Origin: an uncultured delta proteobacterium
GTDB taxonomy: Bacteria > Desulfobacterota > Desulfobacteria > Desulfobacterales > B30-G6
Direction: 5' to 3'
DNA: 64,000 nucleotides
Assembly: GCA_963823335.1 (NCBI GenBank)
Contig: CAWGLD010000001.1
Coordinates: forward strand, 1,376,001 to 1,440,000
A model generated the notes under the pieces. It worked only from the letters and a program-made list of their open reading frames with translations. It did no database searches and had not been told where the DNA came from. Shown here in pieces: positions 20,924 through 30,628 of this stretch. Made by a program: the position numbers and the translations under genes. Numbering within the stretch: the stretch's first letter is position 1; every line of letters begins with the position of its first letter.

Positions 20924-22048
20924 TCAACTAAACAGCTCACTTGTCTCTTTTAGCTTTGATATTCCCCATTCAATTTCATTGGGTTGAAACGATGGAAATG
21001 TCAATCTGAAAAACAGGCCTTTTTTTTGCTTTTCTTCCACATAGTTTGGAGCGATGGCATTCCAGGCAGCGGCTATACCCACACCCTTTTTTTTAGCTGA
21101 TTCAATAAAGGCTGCTTCATTATCAATTGAAACACTATCAAGGCTAAGAGAAACGAAAAAGCCACCAGTAATCTCCTCTCGATGGACTCCTGGAAACATT
21201 GTATTGAGGGCACCGTTCAGTGCATTCATTCTTGGCTTATAGAGTTTGCACAAGTATTTAAGGTTGTCATCATACCGTCCCGATTCGATGAAATCTGCTA
21301 TAAAGGCCTGAGTCGGCAGATTGGGGTTTATGCGCGTATTGAGGATAATTCCTGATAGGCGTTTCACATAATGATCTGGCACAATTATATACCCGCATTT
21401 TGACCCAGGAGATATTGTCTTTGTAAATGAACTTGCTATAACCGGCCCCCATTCTGATATTTCTACAGGCTCATTCACTTTGCCATCATATCGAAGCTCT
21501 TGATAACAAATATCCCATACACATAGAATATCATTTTCGCGGCATAGTAATTCAACAGCCTTGCGATTATCTTTTGTGTAATTTATTCCCGTTGGATTCT
21601 GATGAAAAGGTATCCCGTAAAACACTTCAGCCCTTACTTGTTTCAACAGCTCCTTTAATTGGCTCAAATCAATGCCCTCTGACGTCAATCCGACACCGAT
21701 CAGTTTATGGCCATAATTCTTGGCGTCGAGCAGTACGCGATCGTAAGACGCCTCTTCAACAATTATATTGCTTTCTCTGGGCAAAGATTTAAAAAATAAT
21801 GATATTACCTCTAAACCACCGTTACCGACTATGACTCTTTCCGCGTTTACATTATGCAGATTTCCGATGATATCCCGCAGAATTTTGAAGCCTGTAAAAT
21901 GGCCGTATTGAAGCACATCCGTACCGTATCGCTTAATCACTTCTTTGTATCCCTCTGACACCATGGGAATAATGCGTGATAATGCTTCTTCAGAAGGAAC
22001 GCCACGCAGGAAATTTACTGACTGTTTCTCACTCATCTTGTTCACCAT
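20924..22048 (-). CDS. PLP-dependent class I aminotransferase (MocR/ARO8-like catalytic domain)
   Basis: LQYG, HQNPTG, D..Y.EL, SFTKTISPG and GGFF motifs. Confidence 0.85.
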   Translation of the reverse strand: MVNKMSEKQSVNFLRGVPSEEALSRIIPMVSEGYKEVIKRYGTDVLQYGHFTGFKILRDIIGNLHNVNAERVIVGNGGLEVISLFFKSLPRESNIIVEEASYDRVLLDAKNYGHKLIGVGLTSEGIDLSQLKELLKQVRAEVFYGIPFHQNPTGINYTKDNRKAVELLCRENDILCVWDICYQELRYDGKVNEPVEISEWGPVIASSFTKTISPGSKCGYIIVPDHYVKRLSGIILNTRINPNLPTQAFIADFIESGRYDDNLKYLCKLYKPRMNALNGALNTMFPGVHREEITGGFFVSLSLDSVSIDNEAAFIESAKKKGVGIAAAWNAIAPNYVEEKQKKGLFFRLTFPSFQPNEIEWGISKLKETSELFS

Positions 22049-22332
22049 TATATCCTTTCATTTTGATGGAACTCACCGCTTTTCATCCATCCTCAATTAG
22101 AATCCAGATTGTTTTCCAGACCAAGATAACACGGGAAAGCCTATCGATGCAAGATTTGGTCTGTTGAGATTATAATCGGACATCGGTGTATTTTTAGGGA
22201 CTTTATATTTACAAAATTTTTGAAGATGGTGCAAGCCTCCAAAGCCAAGAAAAGGTGATCAAATGTGCAAGACCAGAAGGGTAAAAAGCCCCCAAGGTTT
22301 TTGCGGAGGTGGTCTTTTAACATTCGCGATAC

Positions 22333-22361
22333 TTGACAAAACGCCAACGATACAATATCTT
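22333..22361 (+). promoter_or_regulatory. Candidate sigma70 promoter
   Basis: TTGACA-17 bp-TATCTT upstream of the FAH gene. Confidence 0.45.
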
Positions 22362-22615
22362 GCGTACTCTAAATCGGTACCGGATTACTCTGCACTGGAA
22401 TATCGAGTAGTCAAACAAATAGAATCACTTATTTTACTTCCCGGTCTTTTTTTGATAGAATCCCTGGTTGTGAGTGCAGTATGGATACACGCTGGAAAAG
22501 ATATGAATCAGATATCACCTCCAGCAAGTGTGTCACGTACTAGCAAGATACCCAATGGGTGTAGATTTTGTAGCTAATATTCGAGACAAGGCTGGTACAA
22601 TGAAGGGGTTATCTG

Positions 22616-23420
22616 ATGAAAATTATACGTTTTTTAGATGAACATGATCACCAATGCTATGGTCACGCCTATAGCGATGGCAACGCCATTCTTTTGGAGG
22701 GCAAATTATTGGGAGAGTTCACGGATACCGGACGCCGGGTCAGTGTAAAAAAAATCCTGGCACCGCTGGAACCGGCTGCCATCTTCGGCATCGCCCTTAA
22801 TTACAAGCAACATGCCGACGAAGCCGGTTTTGAAAAACCGAAATACCCGGTCCTTTTTTTTAAAAATCCCGCATCGGTGGCACATCCCGGGAGATCCCAT
22901 CGTCATCCCGAAGTGCTGTGAAGACGTACCCCAAGTTGACTGGGAGGCCGAACTGGCCGTGGTGATCGGCCGTGCCGCCAAGAATGTGCCCGCCTCCGAG
23001 GCACTCCAATATGTATTGGGATACGCGCCGACCAATGACATCTCTGCAAGGCATTGGCAAAAAATCGCCGGGGCCGGTCAGGTTGCCCGAGGTAAGAGCT
23101 TCGATACGTTCTGTCCCCTGGGGCCTGAATTGATAACCCCCGACGAAATTCCTGACCCGCAAGCACTCAAATTGCAGTGTCTTCTCAACGGGGAAATCAT
23201 GCAGGACTCCAATACGTCACAAATGATTTTTAGCGTAGCGGAGATCATTGAATATCTCTCCATGGACACAACGCTGCTGCCGGGATCCGTTATTCTGTCC
23301 GGCACGCCCGGCGGCGTCGGTTTTGTCCGCAAGCCGCCCGTATTCCTCAAATCCGGGGATGTGGTTGAGGTCGCGATTGAAGGCATGCAGACCCTCAGCA
23401 ATCCGGTTGTTTCTGCGTAA
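22616..23420 (+). pseudogene. Fumarylacetoacetate hydrolase-family protein split by a +1 frameshift near 22890
   Basis: The N-terminal half (ALNYKQH, PVLFFK) and C-terminal half (DWEAELAVVIG, NDISAR, GKSFDTF, SGTPGGVG) are in different frames, joined at CATCCCGGGAGAT (one extra G). Confidence 0.85.
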
Positions 23421-23527
23421 CCTGTGCTATAAAAGAAGGGTCCGTTACCAAACACGGCTCTTCCCGGTGACGCCCCTGGAGAAACCCGGGTGTTGTCCCC
23501 ATAGCCCTTTAAATTGGCCAACAAAAA

Positions 23528-23566
23528 AAATCAGGGGGTAGTTATCCAAAACCTACCCCCTGATTT
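23528..23566. terminator. Bidirectional intrinsic terminator-like hairpin
   Basis: AAATCAGGGGGTAG...CTACCCCCTGATTT between convergent genes, with an adjacent A-tract. Confidence 0.7.
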
Positions 23567-23622
23567 ATAAGGTCAGTTTGACAAGGTATTACGAAACAAC
23601 ACCCCGTTCTTTTTTCACACAG

Positions 23623-24486
23623 CTACTCGAGACCCTGGTTACCGACAGTTTCCTTGTGCCAGAAGATCAGTCTCTTTTGCGCCCAGATGACGGCCCAAAA
23701 AGTGGCCAATCCTAAAAAGCTCAGGTAGATAATCAGTGAAAACACACGTGGTGTATTGAGCTGAGACGCGGCCACACGGATCAGTTCTCCGAAGCCCTTG
23801 CCACCGCCCAGGAACTCCCCAACCACCGCCCCCACGACCACGAGCACCGCCGCATTCTTTAAACCGGCAAAGAAGTGCGGCATGCCCAGGGGCAGCTTCA
23901 GCTTGTAAAGCGTCTGCCAGCGGGTAGCACCCATGGTGCGGAAAAGCATGCGCTGACTCTCGCTTGTGGAGTGCAGCCCGGCTGCCGTGCTCACGATGAC
24001 CGGGAAGATGGCAATAAAGGCTGCAAGCGCCACCTTCGAGGAAATGCCAAAACCCAGCCAGGATACGAACAAGGGCGCAAAAGCCACCTTGGGCATGGCA
24101 TTGATGGCAACCAGGTAGGGCATCACCGCCCGTTCTCCGAACTTCGTTTCCCCGACCAGCAGCCCCAGCAAGAATCCGATGCCGATGGCAATCGCAAAAC
24201 CGACCAGCACCTCCTGGGTGGTTATCCACAGGGCGGCCAGCATATACCCGCCGGTTAGTATATTTTTTCCAACGAAGAAGAGATCGTAGATCGTCTCCAT
24301 GGGTGCGGAAAGAATAATGGGCGAGATGAGCCGCAACTTATAGGCAAGCTGCCACAAGAGCAGAAAAATTATCATCAGCAGCGCCATGGCCACAGAGCGG
24401 GGAATCCGGTCGATCCAAGCCTCGCGCTGGATCACGAATGTTTGTGGTACAACCGTTATTTCAGCGGTTTTCTTTGGACCCATCAT
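23623..24486 (-). CDS. ABC transporter permease (NitT/TauT/SsuC type)
   Basis: PKVAFAPLF, EAA-like loop (FRTMGATRWQ) and VVGEF motifs. Confidence 0.9.
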   Translation of the reverse strand: MMGPKKTAEITVVPQTFVIQREAWIDRIPRSVAMALLMIIFLLLWQLAYKLRLISPIILSAPMETIYDLFFVGKNILTGGYMLAALWITTQEVLVGFAIAIGIGFLLGLLVGETKFGERAVMPYLVAINAMPKVAFAPLFVSWLGFGISSKVALAAFIAIFPVIVSTAAGLHSTSESQRMLFRTMGATRWQTLYKLKLPLGMPHFFAGLKNAAVLVVVGAVVGEFLGGGKGFGELIRVAASQLNTPRVFSLIIYLSFLGLATFWAVIWAQKRLIFWHKETVGNQGLE

Positions 24487-25292
24487 AAGAATGCTCCCTT
24501 GTCTAGTAAATCTCGAATCGTTTTGACAGCGTCGCCGAAGCGCGGTTCGGTCATTATTTCCAGGGTCCGGGGGCGGGGCAGATCGATGGGGATCGCCTTG
24601 TTGATACGCCCGGGTCTTGGCGACATGACATACACCACGTCGGAAAGGATGACGGCCTCGGGAATCGAATGAGTGACAAGGAATGTCGTGGCATTGCGCT
24701 CCAGACAGATCCGCTGCAGCTCCATGTTCATGAAATCCCGGGTTAACTCGTCGAGGGCGCTGAACGGTTCATCCAGGACCAGCACGGTAGGTTCCGTGAT
24801 CAGCATCCGGCAGATGGCCGCACGCTGGGCCATCCCTCCCGACAGTTCGCTGGGGAAAACCTTTTCGAACTCCTGCAGTCCGACCAGTTCGAGCAAGGTC
24901 TTGGCGATACCATGCTTGGCCAGGGCCGCGCTCTTTCCTTCACGTATCTCGATGGGAAGGACAACATTTTCGATCGTGTTGCGCCAAGGGAAAAGAGTTG
25001 CCTCCTGAAACATCATACCGATGTCCCGCCGCGGTCCCGCCACCGGCTCGCCGGAAAGAATCACGCTCCCTTCGGAAGGTGACAACAGCCCGGTCATGAT
25101 CTTGAGCAGCGTCGATTTTCCACAGCCGCTCGGGCCGATAATGGCCGAAAAACTCCCCTCTTCCAGGCTTAGGTTAATATTGTCGAGTGCATGTACTTTG
25201 CGCCGGGCGTAGGTCTTGCCGACCCCACGCAATTCGTAAACCGGCCGGCCCGAAAGGCCGGCCGGTGATGACATCGATTCAACAGCTGTCAT
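24483..25292 (-). CDS. ABC transporter ATP-binding protein (NitT/TauT/SsuB type)
   Basis: GPSGCGKST, LSGGMAQR and LDEPFSALD motifs. Confidence 0.95.
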   Translation of the reverse strand: MTAVESMSSPAGLSGRPVYELRGVGKTYARRKVHALDNINLSLEEGSFSAIIGPSGCGKSTLLKIMTGLLSPSEGSVILSGEPVAGPRRDIGMMFQEATLFPWRNTIENVVLPIEIREGKSAALAKHGIAKTLLELVGLQEFEKVFPSELSGGMAQRAAICRMLITEPTVLVLDEPFSALDELTRDFMNMELQRICLERNATTFLVTHSIPEAVILSDVVYVMSPRPGRINKAIPIDLPRPRTLEIMTEPRFGDAVKTIRDLLDKGAFL

Positions 25293-26317
25293 TATTTAGC
25301 ATTCCATTTCTTTATAAAATCATTGGTGTAGGCAGCCTTCAGATCCGGTAGAGGAGCCTTCAGCGCACCCGATTCGACAAGCCCCACATGCCAGAGTTCC
25401 CAGCCTTCAGGAGGCATGTACCCCCAGCCGGGTGACAGATCTAAAGGTGTTATACGCTCGACAACCTGGGCTAACAGGGCTTTGGCCATAGCAGTATCCT
25501 CAGCCTCCTGAGGATTTCCCTCGGCAGCATCCTTGAGCACTTTAGCCTGGTTGGCCGGATCCGAGCAAAATCTGGCTGCGCGAACCAGGGCACGTCCGAA
25601 CCCCTCAACAACCTTCGGGTTTTCTTTCATGAAAGAGCCCAACACGACGAAGCCGTTGCCAAAATAGGCCAGATTCTTTTCAGGCGTGATCTCGCGCAGC
25701 GTCAGTCCCTTGGCTGTCATGATGGCGGAATCAACCGTGGATGATGCGTATGCCTCGATATCGTCTCGTTCAAAGGCTGCTGCCGCCATGCCGCCGTCGC
25801 CAACGGGCAGAAATGTATAGTCCTTGCCTTCGGTCAAACCCGCCTCGTTCAATATTGGACGGACAAAGGCCACTTCGCTGCCGTCTGCAGTACCTACACC
25901 GATTACTTTGCCCTTCAGCTGACTGGCCTCGGTGTAGGATGACCCATCTCTAACCACGAGACCGAACAAGGATTTCGGATACAGATTGTAGATAAAAACG
26001 GCATCCACGCCACGCGCACGTGCGCCCAAAGTTGGGCCGGCACCGGGAATGCCGAACTGGGCTTTGTTGGCCGACATGACCTGGAGTACCTGACCCGAGC
26101 CGTCCACAGCCTCTACGTTGACATCCAGGCCCTCATCTTTGAAATAGCCCTCACCGATGGCAACGTGCAGCGGAATCCAAATGATAGCTGAAGGGTGAGG
26201 CACTGCAACAGTAATTTTTGTTAGGGACGCCGCCTGGATTTTCTCTGCATCCCAGAGTGAACCTGCTATAACGATAGCGATAATGAGAATAATACTGATC
26301 AACATTTTGTTCTTCAT
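25292..26317 (-). CDS. ABC transporter substrate-binding protein (SsuA/NMT1-THI5-like)
   Basis: Signal peptide, GYFKDEGLDV and LKGKVIGV motifs; first gene of the ABC operon; SD GGAGG. Confidence 0.88.
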   Translation of the reverse strand: MKNKMLISIILIIAIVIAGSLWDAEKIQAASLTKITVAVPHPSAIIWIPLHVAIGEGYFKDEGLDVNVEAVDGSGQVLQVMSANKAQFGIPGAGPTLGARARGVDAVFIYNLYPKSLFGLVVRDGSSYTEASQLKGKVIGVGTADGSEVAFVRPILNEAGLTEGKDYTFLPVGDGGMAAAAFERDDIEAYASSTVDSAIMTAKGLTLREITPEKNLAYFGNGFVVLGSFMKENPKVVEGFGRALVRAARFCSDPANQAKVLKDAAEGNPQEAEDTAMAKALLAQVVERITPLDLSPGWGYMPPEGWELWHVGLVESGALKAPLPDLKAAYTNDFIKKWNAK

Positions 26318-26770
26318 AATCTTGTTCCTCCAGATAAAAGTGGTGAATGTAATAGGTCTTTCTATATCCAATTCCTGACTGTCTGATGATCATATTAAAC
26401 AAAAGCTTTCGCATTAAGCAAGATAATAATTCTATGTTGATAAGAAATGTTCGCTGTAATAAAATTTCAAGAGATTTCTGTGAAATACGCACCGCGTTAA
26501 ACTGAGGCACGGGAATCGTTCCATGGTGTCTGAATCACGACAACTTTCGCGATAAACACCCTGTTTAAAAGAATTCATAGTGGTGTATTCCGTCTGAAAT
26601 GAACGTTTATTAAAAAGAAACAGCACGGATATGGGTCAACGATTAATCAAAACACTGTGAGTAAAATAAATCGCCTGTCAGCAGAATTAGCAGCTAATAA
26701 ACTGTCTTTAAAAGCCTAATGGGGTTTGAAGCTATACGTATGACGGCACTGGTTATAAGAGAATGGTCCA

Positions 26771-26798
26771 TTGACAGGTGAAAATTAATTAGTATACT
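26771..26798 (+). promoter_or_regulatory. Candidate sigma70 promoter
   Basis: TTGACA-16 bp-TATACT upstream of the DsrE-like gene. Confidence 0.5.
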
Positions 26799-26974
26799 AC
26801 CTTGAAATGCAAAGAAAGCTTTCTCCAGGTTTTTATAGACAGACGGGTCACGAAACCTTTGAATGTCGTCCAGCGTGATGTCGAAATCAACCAGGAGCAT
26901 CGCAAAGCAAAAATAAGGAAGCGCGTTTACTGCCGCACAAATTGAAATAACAACTTCTTTGAGGGAAGTAGATT

Positions 26975-27326
26975 ATGCCCGATGGGCATACTGATAAGAA
27001 ACTGGTGGTGGTTTGGAGTTCGGCGGACCGTGAAGTGGCCTTGAGCAACGTCTTCATGTACACAAAAAACCCGTATCAGGGATTGGTGGCCCCGCGTGCT
27101 CCTGGTGGTTTGGGGCCCCTCGGCCAAACTTCTCTGCGAGGATGCTGAATTGCAGGAGGAAATGGAGCTTTTGAAGAATGAAGGTGTGGAACTGATAGCC
27201 TGCAAAGCCTGTGCGGATATGTTCGGAAAGAGTGAGCAACTGGAAGCCATGGGGATCAATGTTATCTACATGGGTATGCCGCTCACCGAAATGCTTCAAA
27301 ACGGCTGGACCTGCCTGAATTACTAG
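26975..27326 (+). pseudogene. DsrE-family protein, frameshifted near 27071
   Basis: Frame A reads MPDGHTDKKLVVVWSSADREVALSNVFMYTKN; frame B continues RIRDWWPRVLLVVWGPSAKLL...ACKACAD...YMG.PLT. Confidence 0.75.
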
Positions 27327-27374
27327 CGCAAGAACACGCCGTGTAAATTTTTTTGCAATAAGGAGGAAATTTCT

Positions 27375-27695
27375 ATGACAACCGAGACAACAGACCAAGA
27401 ATTCATGGTGACAGTTATTCTGCATCACGATCAATCCAAAACGTTAGATCAAATAATGGCTCACCTGCGCGAGACGGGTTTTTACCGGGATTTCCCTCCC
27501 GAAGGTTCGGAATTGGTTTCCTGGGTAGTTGCCATGTCCCATGGTTTTATCATAAACTTGCGGCTGAAGCCGGATGGGCTGCGCAACCTGAACAGATTTA
27601 TGGAAGGAAAGGCATGGGGCGCTTTCCGGTATGAAGTTTACCCGTCCTATGATTTTGAACCCATTGCCGCAAACTTGAAAGAAGAGCATCGTTGA
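27375..27695 (+). CDS. Small conserved hypothetical protein (possible dimeric alpha/beta barrel)
   Basis: 106-aa ORF with a strong SD (AAGGAGG); fold guess only. Confidence 0.7.
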   Translation: MTTETTDQEFMVTVILHHDQSKTLDQIMAHLRETGFYRDFPPEGSELVSWVVAMSHGFIINLRLKPDGLRNLNRFMEGKAWGAFRYEVYPSYDFEPIAANLKEEHR

Positions 27696-28086
27696 AAAAC
27701 GGGTTACGAACCTGGACGTCCACGGAATTGATTGCTTGCGAAATACGAATATCAGCATATTCAGTTTCCGTTCCGGGCCCATGTCTTGTATTCTGCTAAA
27801 TTCCTATTGCCGATTTGTTCCAAGCCGCACATTTCAGCCATATGGCGAACATCTACGTTTCCTGCCGAAAATGGTTTCGGCACTGCCTATAACGTATTGA
27901 AGAGCCATGCAATCCCTACAATATGGGATATTAGACAAGCTACGAGAAATGCTTTATCATGCCGCAGTGGTTCGCAGCAATCGCAAGGTAAAAGGAGCTT
28001 GACTGATTCAGGTTCGCCCGCTAGTCCAACCACTGTCGTCGGTGACCATGGCGAGTTTAATTTATAATCACATATCGGAGACAATC

Positions 28087-29250
28087 ATGCATCAAGTATT
28101 TCCATTCACGACTCCGCTTATCCAGTTCGGGATGGATACCATCGATACTCTCGGACAGGAAGCAAAGAAGCTGGGGTCAGGGAAAGTGCTGATAGTAACG
28201 GGTCCGTCCGTCGCCAAACACGGCGCTCTCGATCGGGCCATTACCAGCTTAAAGGCCGTATCCATTGAATACGTCGTTGCTATTGTGGAAAGGGATACAC
28301 CCGAACCCGCCACGAGCATTGCCGAGGAAACTGCCAAAAAAATATTAAGCGAGGATGCCAAGGTAATCGTCGGGATTGGCGGCGGGAGTGTTTTAGATGT
28401 TGCCAAGATGAGTTCCGCCCTGGCCGTCAATCTGGGAAAGGTTCGAGACTATTTTGGTAAAGACAAGGTTCCCGAACGCGGCCGGCCCACGATAATGGTC
28501 CCGACCACCTCTGGGACCGGTGCTGAAGTAACCAAACACGCCATTTTCCTGGACAAGGAAAGCGAAGTAAAAAAAGCAGTTGCCTCAAATGCACTTTTGC
28601 CGAATGTGGCCATTGTAGACCCGCTGCTTACAGTAAGTTGTCCGCCATCTGTGACGGCCGCAGCCGGTATTGACGCCTTTATCCATGCGGCCGAATCATA
28701 TCTTTCCAAACTGGCAAACCCACTTACCGGGGCCATGGCCCTGGAGTCGGTCAAGATTATCTACAATAATTTGGGTCCGGTTTATGCCGATGGGGATAAT
28801 CTGGAGGCCCGTTACTGGATGTCCATGGGCAGCATGATGTCCGGCCTGGTTCTGAACAATTCGGGTACCAGTCTCGTCCATGCACTGGCCTATCCCATTG
28901 GTGGGGAACTTCATACGCCGCACGGTCTCAGTCTGACCGCTATCATTCTTTCTTGTTTCGACTATATCTCAATGGCTAAGCTGGATCATTTCGTTCATTT
29001 GGCCGAAGCCATCGGTGAACCGGTGGAAGGATTGTCCAAGCGGGAGATTGTCGCGGTTTTTCTCAATGCCCTGCGTGAATGGATGGTAGAATTGGGCCTG
29101 CCTGTTTGCCTGAGTGACCTGGATATTACTGACAAGGGTAAGGTAGCCCGTTGGGCGATAGAAGGTCATAACGAACAACGACTGCTTTCCCGCTGCGCAC
29201 GGAATCTGACAGTCAAGGACTGCGAAAACATCTATAACAACGCATTCTGA
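28087..29250 (+). CDS. Iron-containing alcohol dehydrogenase
   Basis: GGGSVLD, PTTSGTGAEVT, DAFIHAAE, HALAY and PHG motifs. Confidence 0.93.
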   Translation: MHQVFPFTTPLIQFGMDTIDTLGQEAKKLGSGKVLIVTGPSVAKHGALDRAITSLKAVSIEYVVAIVERDTPEPATSIAEETAKKILSEDAKVIVGIGGGSVLDVAKMSSALAVNLGKVRDYFGKDKVPERGRPTIMVPTTSGTGAEVTKHAIFLDKESEVKKAVASNALLPNVAIVDPLLTVSCPPSVTAAAGIDAFIHAAESYLSKLANPLTGAMALESVKIIYNNLGPVYADGDNLEARYWMSMGSMMSGLVLNNSGTSLVHALAYPIGGELHTPHGLSLTAIILSCFDYISMAKLDHFVHLAEAIGEPVEGLSKREIVAVFLNALREWMVELGLPVCLSDLDITDKGKVARWAIEGHNEQRLLSRCARNLTVKDCENIYNNAF

Positions 29251-29468
29251 TGTTTGTGGTCGACGGCCACCAAATAATCACAGCGCCTTTATCGACAGAA
29301 GACTTCTTCATGGAGTTTCGAAATTGCTGCCTTCTCAATTTTCTCCGATCCCCAGCTTGTCCGGCATTTATTCCTCACAAAAGATTACAGATGTAAATGG
29401 CAAACAAACAATCAAAGGCAGATGTATAAGTGATTTCATAAAATTTTTCTGCGATACGATAAACTTTT

Positions 29469-30482
29469 CTAATCAGAAACCTGCTCCCAATACTTAGGAT
29501 AGATCAGAATCCCATGGGCCATATTTACATTGAGAGTTCTTATTTCTTTTATGTTTAGCGCCTTCATGAACCCTAACACCAAGGTTAGATTGGATACATC
29601 GGTTGCAGCGTAATCACCGCCGATCTCTTCTTCCGATAGCGCTTGCCGGACTGCCAACGTTCTTTCCACATCAGAAATGGTGTAGGTCTTCCCGTCTTTG
29701 ACACTCTGTTTCCGGACACTGTGGTAATGAACGCCACCGATTCCCAGCACCTTCAGATTTCCGGCCTTTGCTTTGATGACATTCGGAACATGAATTTCAG
29801 CATAATCTCGTGCCAGATTTACGGCTTTGGTGGCTACTGCTTTGCCCATGGGATTGGGAGATTTGACATCCCTTGACGATTTTCCTTGAATGTCGGTGAT
29901 GATCGTATTTTTCATGCTCATGGATGCCAATTCCCCTTCATAGACATCGAATGAATTGTTATCCTTGGCGATGACCATCTGCATGCTGCCGCCACCGATA
30001 TCCCAGACCAAACATTCCTTTTTTTCCAAGTCAGTTTGCGGATATGCTGCCAGAAACCCCAGAATGGCTTCGGTTCTTTGAGATATGATCTGTGTACGGA
30101 TTCCAAGTTCTTTCTCGATTCTTTCCGTAAACATTTTCCCATTGTCCGATGTGCGGAAGGCCGAGGTTGCAACCCCCACGAATTGTTCAGTATTATAATT
30201 TTGAGCGATGTTTTTAAATTGCTGGAGAGCCGTTAGACCTTTTCTTTGAATGTCTTCACTGAATTTGCCCTGCGAAATACCAAGGTCCTCTTTATACGCG
30301 ACGTCTATTTCTTCTTCCGCGAGAATTTGTATCACATGTTGTTGGCATGTATCCACTCTCGCCACTACCATTTTTGTTGTGCTGGAGCCGATGTCGAATG
30401 CAGCCCGATTTACAAGACATTCATCAGCAAATACATTCGTTATCGCCAAAAGCATACAAACGATTATTGTTAGGTATCTCAT
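29469..30482 (-). CDS. Secreted Ppx/GppA-like (ASKHA) phosphatase, catalytic domains only
   Basis: Signal peptide (MRYLTIIVCMLLAITNVFA); AAFDIGSSTTK, VATSAFR, ISQRTEA and WDIGGGSMQ motifs; SD AAGGAGG. Confidence 0.8.
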   Translation of the reverse strand: MRYLTIIVCMLLAITNVFADECLVNRAAFDIGSSTTKMVVARVDTCQQHVIQILAEEEIDVAYKEDLGISQGKFSEDIQRKGLTALQQFKNIAQNYNTEQFVGVATSAFRTSDNGKMFTERIEKELGIRTQIISQRTEAILGFLAAYPQTDLEKKECLVWDIGGGSMQMVIAKDNNSFDVYEGELASMSMKNTIITDIQGKSSRDVKSPNPMGKAVATKAVNLARDYAEIHVPNVIKAKAGNLKVLGIGGVHYHSVRKQSVKDGKTYTISDVERTLAVRQALSEEEIGGDYAATDVSNLTLVLGFMKALNIKEIRTLNVNMAHGILIYPKYWEQVSD

Positions 30483-30544
30483 GATTCCTCCTTTCATTTT
30501 TGACGGTTGCCGAAAATGTCGCCTGACAATTTAGTTCAGTAATA

Positions 30545-30572
30545 GGTATCGAAAGCTATTGGTTATTTTTCG
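30545..30572 (-). promoter_or_regulatory. Island alternative-sigma promoter motif, copy A
   Basis: CGAAAAA-N11-TTTCGATACC on the minus strand, about 60 bp upstream of the Ppx-like gene. Confidence 0.6.
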
Positions 30573-30628
30573 GTTTTATTTCATGAGAAATGAAAGTGGA
30601 ATAAATGGCTTAAAGAGAATGGAAAATG

